Assembly (NCBI GenBank): GCA_020434415.1
Contig: JAGRAW010000001.1
Span: 1 to 42,845, forward strand
DNA: 42,845 nt
Source of the DNA: Bdellovibrionales bacterium
GTDB taxonomy: Bacteria > Bdellovibrionota_C > UBA2361 > SZUA-149
Direction: 5' to 3'
The notes beneath the pieces were generated by a model. The model was not told the DNA's origin. It saw only the letters and a list, made by a program, of their open reading frames with translations, and searched no databases. Made by a program: the position numbers and the translations under genes. Within the stretch, counting starts at the first letter, position 1; every line of letters starts with the position of its first letter. Positions 1-8,344 of this stretch are shown here, piece by piece.

Positions 1-1
1 T

Positions 2-763
2 GACGTTGAATTCTTGCCGAGTAAACTCATCGGTAAATGGAAATTCCACTCGTTCTTTCAGGCGACCGTTTTCGAAATAACCGGCTTCTTCGATGCATGC
101 CCCGTACATCGATCCCTCGACGCGATATTTCTTCGAGAAGAGGCCGCCCGAGGGCTTCACCCGGCCCACCTCGATCTTCGGCGGGCGAATTCGTCGCGCA
201 CGGCGGCATCGCTCCTCCATATCCCCCTCACCGTCGCCTTTACCGCTGCCGTATTCGCTGTTCCCATCAGGTTGCCGACGACCGCCTCCTGCGTTGGACC
301 ATCGGTCCTCGACGTCCCTCTGAATCGCTGCGCCACCCGGCTTGTCGTAGTAAACGATGACCTTGTCGACTCGAACCTCGCCATTATAGGCATTCAGCAC
401 CAGCGGCTGTCCGAGCGGAGGGGCCGAGACCTCCCATGCCGCCGTTTCCTTTTGGTCTGCGCGGACATGAAACTGCTTCCCATGTTCGAATGTTTCTCCA
501 TCGCCGTAGCGCAGATTGACGAAGGTATCATCCCCCCCTGAAACCCGTGTGAGCACTACCTCGACACGTTCGACGGTCCGCTCCGGAATGGACTGTCGCC
601 ACTGACGCCAGATCCGTCCTCCCTTACCGTCGCTAAACACCTCCTTCACCTTGAAGACGAGCCGGTCGTCCCGAGCGTGGGCGGACGACGGGCTCAAAAC
701 GGCCGCAAAGCACGCAACCAGCAAAATCACGAAGTAGGGAAGTAGGCGCACGGATCGGTTCAT
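2..763 (-). CDS. Secreted hypothetical protein, C-terminus cut by the window edge (first 254 codons present)
   Basis: Absent from the supplied ORF track because it has no stop codon inside the window. ATG at 763 on the minus strand. My manual translation MNRSVRLLPYFVILLVACFAAVLSPSSAHARDDRLVFKVKEVFSDGKGG...EFTRQEFNV stays open down to position 2. The N-terminus looks like a signal peptide (hydrophobic core, AHA cleavage-like site). It displaces the Arg/Pro-rich plus-strand ORFs 14..541, 37..360 and 93..323. Confidence 0.6.
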   Translation of the reverse strand, partial: MNRSVRLLPYFVILLVACFAAVLSPSSAHARDDRLVFKVKEVFSDGKGGRIWRQWRQSIPERTVERVEVVLTRVSGGDDTFVNLRYGDGETFEHGKQFHVRADQKETAAWEVSAPPLGQPLVLNAYNGEVRVDKVIVYYDKPGGAAIQRDVEDRWSNAGGGRRQPDGNSEYGSGKGDGEGDMEERCRRARRIRPPKIEVGRVKPSGGLFSKKYRVEGSMYGACIEEAGYFENGRLKERVEFPFTDEFTRQEFNV

Positions 764-872
764 GAAAGCACTAGAGTTGAAGTGTGAGCATCTTAGGGTA
801 TAAAAGCAGTAAAATTTCTGCCCTGCAACACAGGTGGGGGCAGTATGGGCCTGAAGGCCGGTAGGAGGGCGA

Positions 873-1760
873 ATGGCGGACGAAGGAGCGAAGGCAATTT
901 GGGAAGCTCAAGCGAATGCAGATATCGCTTGGCTGTTTGAAGCTGAGGCATTCCGGGTCGCCCCATCGGACAAGCCGTTTTGGTTTACGTCGGGGCTCAT
1001 CGGCCCGTACTTCATCTCGGCGCACTACCTGTGCGGCGGGCCCGGCGCAGCCGAATCGCTTCTCTCGTTCATTGACGCCCACGCCGATGACGCAAGAACA
1101 TTTCCAGCCAAGCTTCTCGCGCAACTGCGCGCTCTGTATGCCGAACATGCGATCTACAAAGCTGTGGTCGATCAGCTTACCGCGCTTGCCGCAGAAGTTC
1201 TACCCTTGTCCGAGGTCACGCACGTTGCAGGTGGACAGCGGCGCGACTGGTTTTTCGCACCGATGTTGGCAGAGAAGCTCGAGAAGCCGTGCCTCTACAT
1301 CTACAACGATCTCGAAATTTGTTCTGACGAGGGCGAGGAGGTGACCTCGCTGCGCGGAGCGAACGTGGTGAATGTCGCAGACCTGCTGACGGTCGCGTCG
1401 AGCTACACGAAAAAGTGGGTCCCGGCGATTGAAGCAAAAGGCGGACGCCTTCTCTGGGCGCTGAATTGCGTGGATCGAGTGCAAGGCGGTCGAGAAAATT
1501 TGGCAGCCGTGAATATCACGGTTTGTGAGAGCTTGTTCGAAGTGAGCACGGGGCTGTTCGACTCCGCACTCGAACGCAACTTGATTGACAGCGGGCAGCA
1601 TCGGATGTTGTGCGACTTCCTTGCCGATCCCCACGCCTCGATGCGGAGCTTCCTAGTCGCTCATCCTGAATTCCTCAAGGAAAGTCTGCAATCTCCCGAT
1701 GCGAAAATACGACAACGAGCGGAACTGTGTCAGACTGAAAACTTGTATCACTTGGACTAG
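873..1760 (+). CDS. Type-I phosphoribosyltransferase-like protein (orotate-PRTase-like, degenerate PRPP loop)
   Basis: ATG preceded by AGGAGG at 863-868. FWFTSGLIGPYFI resembles the OPRT F-x-L-x-SG-x-x-SPYY region. VVNVADLLTVASS sits where the PRPP-binding loop (hydrophobic4-DD-hydrophobic2-TTGGT) belongs, but it is degenerate. The protein is roughly 80 aa longer than typical OPRT. Confidence 0.45.
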   Translation: MADEGAKAIWEAQANADIAWLFEAEAFRVAPSDKPFWFTSGLIGPYFISAHYLCGGPGAAESLLSFIDAHADDARTFPAKLLAQLRALYAEHAIYKAVVDQLTALAAEVLPLSEVTHVAGGQRRDWFFAPMLAEKLEKPCLYIYNDLEICSDEGEEVTSLRGANVVNVADLLTVASSYTKKWVPAIEAKGGRLLWALNCVDRVQGGRENLAAVNITVCESLFEVSTGLFDSALERNLIDSGQHRMLCDFLADPHASMRSFLVAHPEFLKESLQSPDAKIRQRAELCQTENLYHLD

Positions 1761-1769
1761 CGAGCCCTT

Positions 1770-1976
1770 ATGAAACTCTACATTCTTCCGGTGCTAAGCG
1801 TCTTGCTCTGCGCCGTCTTCTTGGGTTGTGAAGGCGGTATGGGCAAAAAGCCTGAACGCAATGTGATCAAAGAATACGTCAATGAGCCGAAGGAGCGGGC
1901 GAGAGCTGCGGGAGAGAAGCTGAACGCTCAGCACGAGAAGCTTCGTCAGCAGACCGAAGAGCTTGCAGAGGACTGA
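1770..1976 (+). CDS. Small putative lipoprotein
   Basis: MKLYILPVLSVLLCAVFLGCEGG has a hydrophobic leader ending in a lipobox-like FLGC. The rest is a charged Lys/Glu-rich tail. Its stop overlaps the next start (TGATG at 1974-1978), suggesting co-translation with the HAD gene. Confidence 0.45.
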   Translation: MKLYILPVLSVLLCAVFLGCEGGMGKKPERNVIKEYVNEPKERARAAGEKLNAQHEKLRQQTEELAED

Positions 1977-2776
1977 TGGACAATCGTCGTTCGATTACGG
2001 ATGCCGGTCGTTACGAGGGGTACATCTTCGATCTTGATGGCGTGGTGTGGCTCGGCACGGATCCCGTACCGGGAGTGGCAGACGCAATAAACGCTCTTCG
2101 CCGCGCAGGCCGAAGGGTACGCTTCCTCACCAACAACGCCAGTCAGCATCGTCAGACGCAGCGCGAAAAGCTGCTCTCAATGGGAGTCGAAGCAGAGCTC
2201 TCCGAGGTGTTGACCTCCGCCTCGACCGCAGCGATGGCGCTAAGTCGGAAGTTCGGTTCCTGTAAAGTGCATGTGATGGGGACCGAGGATCTCAAGCGAG
2301 AGATACGGGATGCAGGCCATACGCTGGTAGAGCGAAACGCAGACTGGGTCGTTGTCGGCTACGATCGAGAGTTTTCATATCAGAAACTGTGCCAGGCGTT
2401 TCAGAATATCTACTTCGATCAGGCAAAGTTTCTTGCGTGCAACGAAAACCCTCTCCTGCCTACGGAAGAGGGATTCATGCCGGGTATCGGCCCCAGCGTT
2501 GCGGCGCTGGCGTGCTGCACCGGGAAATCTCCCGACTGGGTAACAGGCAAGCCTCACGAAACCATCTTTTCACTGACGCTGGAAAGCATCGGGCTACCGG
2601 CAGCTTCCTGTGCCATGGTGGCTGATGTGCTCGATCTGGATATACATGGCGCACAACAAGTCGGTATCGACGGTATCTTCGTGTTGACCGGTGTGCACAA
2701 TGAGCAGGATATTGAGCGCATGCGGATTGTACCCAAGCACATCCTGCCTTCCGCGGCGAACCTCTGCGCTTGTTAG
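1976..2776 (+). CDS. HAD superfamily hydrolase, subfamily IIA (NagD-like sugar phosphatase)
   Basis: HAD motifs are in the correct order: motif I FDLDGVVW, motif II LTNN, motif III VTGKPHE, motif IV MVADVLDLDIHGA. Confidence 0.85.
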   Translation: MDNRRSITDAGRYEGYIFDLDGVVWLGTDPVPGVADAINALRRAGRRVRFLTNNASQHRQTQREKLLSMGVEAELSEVLTSASTAAMALSRKFGSCKVHVMGTEDLKREIRDAGHTLVERNADWVVVGYDREFSYQKLCQAFQNIYFDQAKFLACNENPLLPTEEGFMPGIGPSVAALACCTGKSPDWVTGKPHETIFSLTLESIGLPAASCAMVADVLDLDIHGAQQVGIDGIFVLTGVHNEQDIERMRIVPKHILPSAANLCAC

Positions 2777-2863
2777 TCGCCACCGCACGGGAACAGAGCT
2801 ACGGGTGCTTTCGTAGCGAACCCTTCAGTCGTTCACCGAAAGACCTAGCTCCGCGGGGGCTCG

Positions 2864-3793
2864 TTACGAGGCACGCGACTTCCGACCGCGCCCCATCGGG
2901 CCTCGAGCGATGTGGCCGCGCCTTCGCATGCCAAGTGCTGAATGAAACAGAACAGCTGAAAGGATCACTCCCCCGCCGATAAGCGCCCAGGGACCCGGAC
3001 GTTCGCCGACCACCAGCATGACCCATATCGGATTGCATAGCGGCTCAAGGATGGGAATAAGCATCGCGTCGAGCGCACGAAGATGCCGAATCGCTTGCGA
3101 ATACAAGATGTAGGAGAGGCCGAGCTGAAATACGCCCAAGCAAATCAGCCCCACCACGCTGCGTAGGTCAATCATCGGGCCGTACGCCGCGGGCAAGCAG
3201 AGTAGGAATGTCAGCGCGTTCCCCAAGATAACCGAATCAATCGGTCGTGCGTCCTTCTGCTTCCTCAAGCCAAGCACCATCCATGCCATAGCCACGCCGC
3301 TCAAAATGCCGCAACCGTTTCCCAGCATGGCGCCGCCATCCAAGCTGTCCATGAAAAACAGGGTCATGCCGGCCAGCATCATCAGCAGCAGCAACCAGTC
3401 TCTTCGGCTGGGCTGTTCCCCCAGATACCATGGGCTAAATAGCGCTACCCACACCGGTGCTGTAAACTGAAGCAGAATGGCATTCGCCGCAGTCGTTGTC
3501 TTGTTCGCTACCACAAAGAGCACCACCATGAACACATACGCAATCGCCGTCATGACTTGCTCGCGCGTCCAGGTTAGTCGTGGTCGACCGAATGCTGCCA
3601 GCATCACCAAGACAGCGATGCCGCTCCGACTCCCTGCGATAGCGATGGGATTCCAGTCAACAAGCTTGATGAGCACACCGCCGGTGCTCCATAGGACCGC
3701 AGCGCTTACTGCGAAGAGGATCGCTTTGGCCGGCGGAGAGTGGGGTGTGGTTTCGGTCACGAGCAGTCCGAGAGTGAGGGGTGATAAGCTCAA
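2864..3793 (-). CDS. EamA/DMT-family transporter
   Basis: About 10 hydrophobic segments in two halves. The EamA-like N-terminal pattern AVLWSTGGVLIKL is present. The longest ORF starts at TTG 3793, and an in-frame GTG about 33 nt downstream is an alternative start. Confidence 0.8.
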   Translation of the reverse strand: MSLSPLTLGLLVTETTPHSPPAKAILFAVSAAVLWSTGGVLIKLVDWNPIAIAGSRSGIAVLVMLAAFGRPRLTWTREQVMTAIAYVFMVVLFVVANKTTTAANAILLQFTAPVWVALFSPWYLGEQPSRRDWLLLLMMLAGMTLFFMDSLDGGAMLGNGCGILSGVAMAWMVLGLRKQKDARPIDSVILGNALTFLLCLPAAYGPMIDLRSVVGLICLGVFQLGLSYILYSQAIRHLRALDAMLIPILEPLCNPIWVMLVVGERPGPWALIGGGVILSAVLFHSALGMRRRGHIARGPMGRGRKSRAS

Positions 3794-4088
3794 AACTGAC
3801 GAACCAATCTAGCAGATTGCCAGGAAAGCCGCTTCCGCGTCTTTCTTTCCGGACTGCCGGTAGGCAAAGACCTGGTCGTAGGTCTAAGGGTGGTGAGAAA
3901 TTGACTTCTAGCGGTGCTACTCCGCCTCTCGCGGCTGCCGTTCGGACCTCAACGCAGCGGAGAGGGTGAAGCGACCGTCTCTCGTCGGTTCTTAACCAGG
4001 AGGCGGAGCCTGGCTAAGAACGGCTGAGAGACGGAGTGTCGTCTGAAGAAGGGAAGTGCAGGAATGAAGTTTTTCAGCACTCTGCTAA

Positions 4089-5507
4089 TCAGTTGACGAC
4101 CTCAACTCCAATTATGACCGGGGGCATAGGCGGTACGGTATCTGTTCCGCCGCCTTCCACTTCGCCAGAAAAAGTGTGAAGCCAGGCTTCGAGGCGAGTG
4201 TACCCGTTTCCGGCGTCTCCATTCGGATTGCTGGGAATGGTCAAGGTCCGTCGATTGACCGGCGACGACGGCCAACCCCCTGCACTCCTTGAGCAGCCAG
4301 AAACGCAGTCTTTGTGGCTTCCTGTTCCTTTCTTCACGTCGTTCGCGATTCTAACGTCTACCGCGTCGCGATCCGCTGGTCGGGCGCCGGCTTTAGCAAG
4401 GACATAGTCGAAGGCCTCTTGGGCTGACAGAGGGTTTGAAAGCGTTCCGCTTGGCGTGACGCGGCTCGAACTGCGATGCGGGTTTGCTGGTACCGACGAA
4501 TCAACGGCCGCCCAGTCGTTTTGCGAGGAGCTCGTTCTTTGCGGGCAGATGTTATCTACTACATAGAAACGGCTGCTCGAATGCAAATTGCTGGCGATTC
4601 GGAGAATGTAGGGCGAACCGCTCCCCGACTCTGGACCCTTTTTGTAGTAGTTGCCGACAATGTCGAATTTCTGCACCTTCGAAGTCGAGTCAGCCCCGTT
4701 GATTGTACGTCCAGCACCGTTGTCCCAGTTGTAGACGACGTTGTTCACAAATTCGAGTTCCGTATCGGTCTTCAGCCTGACGTTTCGGTCCCCGTTATGC
4801 GCGAATAATGAATTGTGAATAGTAATGTTCTTTGTTCCCTCACCAATCAATAGCCCCATGCTGTGACAGCCTTCAGGGTGAATGGAGCAAGTGAGAGCTT
4901 CGGCACCTATGACGTGGCTGAGCGTTACATCGCGTACCCCAGCGCTCTTCGCGCCGAGGGAGATGAGCTCATCGATACTCCAACTCACGGAAACGTGATC
5001 GACAATAACATTGTAGACAGGGTTGAAACCGAGGATCGACAGTCCGTCTCGGTTTTGTGGCTCTTCAGCAACTTGATTTGCGGGGTCGTCGCCCGCACGG
5101 ACTCTGATGTGCTGTACAACTACGTCATGCGTTTCGATGATTATCCGTCCTCCCCGAATGGTAATTCCAGGGGAGGGGGAGGTTTGGCCGGCGATTGTGA
5201 TGTACGGGTTCTTGATCTTGACCGGCTCGTAAGCTCGAATGGTACCTGACACTTCAAAGACGCAGACTCGCGGTCCAGACGCTTCTACGCAATTCCGCAA
5301 GGATCCGCTGCCGGTGTCGTTAAGGTTGGTAACCTTGAATACCGTTGTTGATGGATTGGAGAGATGACGTCCGCTGCCACCGACCGTGTCGCTACCAAAG
5401 CCTTTCGCCCCGGGAAAAGCTGGAAGGGCTCGCGCTGAGTCTGCAGCACCGATAAGCAGCACGGTAAATAAGAGCAAGCGGGAGAAATTACTCTGAACCT
5501 GATTCAT
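4089..5507 (-). CDS. Secreted right-handed beta-helix polysaccharide lyase (pectate lyase PL1-like fold)
   Basis: Signal peptide MNQVQSNFSRLLLFTVLLIGAADSARA. Motifs: FPGAKGFGSDTVGGSGR, SGSLRNCVE, ITIAGQTSPSPGITI, and NVIVDHVSVSWSIDE (the DH-x-S-x-SW-x-DE block typical of pectate-lyase-like proteins). I chose ATG 5507 rather than the upstream TTG at 5531. Confidence 0.75.
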   Translation of the reverse strand: MNQVQSNFSRLLLFTVLLIGAADSARALPAFPGAKGFGSDTVGGSGRHLSNPSTTVFKVTNLNDTGSGSLRNCVEASGPRVCVFEVSGTIRAYEPVKIKNPYITIAGQTSPSPGITIRGGRIIIETHDVVVQHIRVRAGDDPANQVAEEPQNRDGLSILGFNPVYNVIVDHVSVSWSIDELISLGAKSAGVRDVTLSHVIGAEALTCSIHPEGCHSMGLLIGEGTKNITIHNSLFAHNGDRNVRLKTDTELEFVNNVVYNWDNGAGRTINGADSTSKVQKFDIVGNYYKKGPESGSGSPYILRIASNLHSSSRFYVVDNICPQRTSSSQNDWAAVDSSVPANPHRSSSRVTPSGTLSNPLSAQEAFDYVLAKAGARPADRDAVDVRIANDVKKGTGSHKDCVSGCSRSAGGWPSSPVNRRTLTIPSNPNGDAGNGYTRLEAWLHTFSGEVEGGGTDTVPPMPPVIIGVEVVN

Positions 5508-5751
5508 TGGATACACCTTGCGTCGCAGCAATAACCACGGCTATCGACTGGAGATTACTAATAGACTGATACCCCGACGAAGATGATTCTTTCCTATCCC
5601 GCCTAGCGGTATCGGTATTGATCAGTATCAGCCTTAGACTTTAGAGTGCTATTTCTTTTTGGGCGCTTCAAGCTACCTGCAACAGCCCGTATTTGGCGGA
5701 CTTTTCAGGGATGTCACTGATATTACAACTGTTTTTCGACGGAGGGTGGTC

Positions 5752-7017
5752 TTACAGAGAGTCCTCTTCCGCGAGCAAAAACACATGTTTTTGCTCGTTT
5801 TGCAGTGACAGCGAAACGGAAAGCAGCAGACCAAAAAGGACCAGAAACGGTCGTTGGTCGAGTGTGTTGTGACTGAATAGGCTCGCGAGAGCTGTTACAA
5901 CTATCATCACTTCCCCAGGAGCGAAGCCGCGGTGCCTGAACACCCGGAACGCCACCACCAACAACAACACAAACCAAATAAGACCGAACAACCCATTGTT
6001 TACCCACTGCTGAAGGTAGAGGTTGTGCGGAGACACGGCCATAGTGTGATTGAACGCTGTCCCATGACCGAAAATCGGTGCCTCGTTAATCAGTCGCAGA
6101 GATTCTCGGGCGGCACCCAACCTTGCATCGTCCGAAGCGTAAAGTTCTCTCTCACCCGAGAGCATTGCTAATCGTTCTTGAGCCCTCCGTGCGCTAAACA
6201 TCTCGCTGCTCTGAAGTAAATACGAGATCAACAGGAAGAGGACTGAAGCGATGAGCATCGCGCTTCCAAGAGCGGCGACGACTCTCTTCATTGATGCTCG
6301 GGATTCTCTTAAAACCTTGCTGCCGTATATAACCAGAAGTGCCAGATACAGAAGCATACCTCCGCGGGACAGAGTGGAGAACACGCCGAGCCCTACCAGA
6401 ATAATTATCGGGATATCTCTCTTGCGTTTTGAATACTTGTATTCCAGAGAAACTGCGGCGAGTTGCGTGAGTAAGAGAGCGGCCAAATTGGCGTTGATCG
6501 CGAATCCGGCAGCTCGCGTCGCGGACTTCGACATCGTGCCGGGATTGAACAAATCGTAAAACACCGAGCCCAAAAGGCATACTAGTGCAGCGAGAGCGTA
6601 GCGGCGCCAATGGTCTCGTATGCTGGGAAACAGGGGTAGGAGAAGTCCCGAGCCAAAAATCAGAAAATTGTAAGTAAGCGACTTGATGTAGTAACCCTCA
6701 CTCCCCCAGAACGCCGTAGGATGCAGCGAAAGCAAAAGACCCCAGGTTACCACCAAAGCGAAGCAGCCGATTACCGCAACGTTTCGGCCGACGAGGCGGA
6801 TAATACCGGACAGCGGGTGTCGTCGGAACGACTCGAGGAACAGGACGACAAGCATCATCGGAGCGAATGAAGCGACGAACATACGAATTGGCGGCACCGG
6901 GACGGTGCCGCTTTGATAGAAGTAGATATCGGCCGTAGTCAGGAAGTAGACCAAGACCAAGCCTGCATAGGCGATGCAGAGTAGCGAGCTGAGTCTGTAA
7001 ACGATGCGCTGGTTCAT
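5752..7017 (-). CDS. O-antigen polymerase/ligase family membrane protein (Wzy-like)
   Basis: Polytopic membrane protein of about 10-12 TM segments with a central loop. It contains the Wzy_C-like FSTLSRGGMLLYLALL segment. ATG start at 7017. Confidence 0.75.
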   Translation of the reverse strand: MNQRIVYRLSSLLCIAYAGLVLVYFLTTADIYFYQSGTVPVPPIRMFVASFAPMMLVVLFLESFRRHPLSGIIRLVGRNVAVIGCFALVVTWGLLLSLHPTAFWGSEGYYIKSLTYNFLIFGSGLLLPLFPSIRDHWRRYALAALVCLLGSVFYDLFNPGTMSKSATRAAGFAINANLAALLLTQLAAVSLEYKYSKRKRDIPIIILVGLGVFSTLSRGGMLLYLALLVIYGSKVLRESRASMKRVVAALGSAMLIASVLFLLISYLLQSSEMFSARRAQERLAMLSGERELYASDDARLGAARESLRLINEAPIFGHGTAFNHTMAVSPHNLYLQQWVNNGLFGLIWFVLLLVVAFRVFRHRGFAPGEVMIVVTALASLFSHNTLDQRPFLVLFGLLLSVSLSLQNEQKHVFLLAEEDSL

Positions 7018-7176
7018 GAAGAGAAGGGCGATTCGACCGGCAAGCTAATACGATGCAGTAAGCAAAATGAGGCAAACGTTAGCGAAAAAAAACGCAAAAC
7101 GGTATCTAATCTGCGCTGAACGAGTCCCGTTTCAACTAAGACCGCCTCTGATTATCAGTAAATGAGTGAGAGATAA

Positions 7177-8328
7177 ATGCCCAACGTCCACTCCCCAGAG
7201 ACCGAACGGCCCTTTTCAGGCAGCGCGCTGCCGAGGCGGGTTGGCATTTTCATCCCGAGCTTTCGAGGTGGTGGAGCAGAACGGGCGATGATCTTGCTTG
7301 CTGACGAGCTCCAACGTCGAGGCATTGTAGTCGACTTGCTTGTGGTCTCGGACGCGGGTCCTCTGCGGAAGCTGGTTCCAGAGACGGTCAAGGTCGTTCT
7401 GTTGGGGCGGGGCCGAGTTTTGACAGCAATCCCTTCGCTCGTGAGGTATGTACGCGGGCACTGTCCGGACGTGTTGTACTCCACTATGGGGCATTGCAAT
7501 TTGGCGGCTATTCTCGCCGGCCTGGTCTGCAGACAAGTCCGTGTGGTTATTCGGGAAGCGAATTCTCCGTCAACCTCATATCGCGCCGAGCGGTTCAGTA
7601 TCGGACGGTATCTGACGCATCGCGCTATACCGCTTTTATATCCGGCAGCGCATCGAGTTGTCGCGGTGTCGCAGGAGGTAGCTCGCCAGCTCTGTGAGCT
7701 GGGACCACGCCTCGCGCCCAAAATTGTCGTGCTCCCGACTCCCGTTATCTCGAACGAATTGGATACACTTGCAGCAGCGACTTTGGCCGACCCCTGGTTC
7801 GAACCTTCACAGCCGCCCGTGATTATCGGGGTAGGAAGGCTTCATCCGCAGAAAGACTTTAGCACCCTGTTACGGGCATTCGCCCAGGTTCGTAAGACTG
7901 TAGCTGTTCGACTAGTGATTCTCGGAGAGGGTTCGTTGCGAGATGCGTTGATCCAAGAAAGCGACGCGTTAGGTGTGACCGAAGATGTTTCGTTTCCCGG
8001 ATTCGTCGACAACCCTTTTGCCTATATCGCAAGGTCGAAGGTATTCGTACTCTCGTCTCGCTATGAGGGAATGCCGAATGTTCTGATCCAGGCCATGGCT
8101 TTAGGCATCCCTGTGATAGCGTCCGACTGTCCCGGAGGCAGCGCTGAAGTGCTTGACGACGGGCGGTTGGGGCGACTTGTCCCCGTGGGAGAGCCTGCGG
8201 CATTGGCGACGGCGATAAGCGAAGTGCTCGCTTCAAGCACCTCGACTGCGGAAGCACGCGCGACTGTCCGCCGACGCTACAGCGTGGAGTCTTCGGCGGA
8301 CGCATACCTTGCGGCCGCTTCCGGCTAG
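7177..8328 (+). CDS. Glycosyltransferase family 4 (GT-B fold)
   Basis: N-terminal IFIPSFRGGGAERAM. C-terminal LSSRYEGMPNVLIQAMALGIPVIASDCPGGSAEVL carries the GT4 E-x7-E-type nucleotide-sugar binding region. Confidence 0.9.
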   Translation: MPNVHSPETERPFSGSALPRRVGIFIPSFRGGGAERAMILLADELQRRGIVVDLLVVSDAGPLRKLVPETVKVVLLGRGRVLTAIPSLVRYVRGHCPDVLYSTMGHCNLAAILAGLVCRQVRVVIREANSPSTSYRAERFSIGRYLTHRAIPLLYPAAHRVVAVSQEVARQLCELGPRLAPKIVVLPTPVISNELDTLAAATLADPWFEPSQPPVIIGVGRLHPQKDFSTLLRAFAQVRKTVAVRLVILGEGSLRDALIQESDALGVTEDVSFPGFVDNPFAYIARSKVFVLSSRYEGMPNVLIQAMALGIPVIASDCPGGSAEVLDDGRLGRLVPVGEPAALATAISEVLASSTSTAEARATVRRRYSVESSADAYLAAASG

Positions 8329-8344
8329 CCGTTCTTCCCGTGCC

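Noticed and set aside
14-541. Plus-strand ORFs at the window start (14..541, 37..360, 93..323)
   Set aside because: They are Arg/Pro/Ser-rich with no motif. They lie antisense to a longer open frame on the minus strand (2..763) that has a clear signal peptide and ordinary composition.
7139-7146. ops/JUMPstart-like GGCGGTCT on the minus strand in the leader of the Wzy gene
   Set aside because: It matches only 6 of the 8 ops core positions (GGCGGTAG), and RfaH-type ops dependence is mainly an enterobacterial feature. A chance match is likely in GC-rich DNA.
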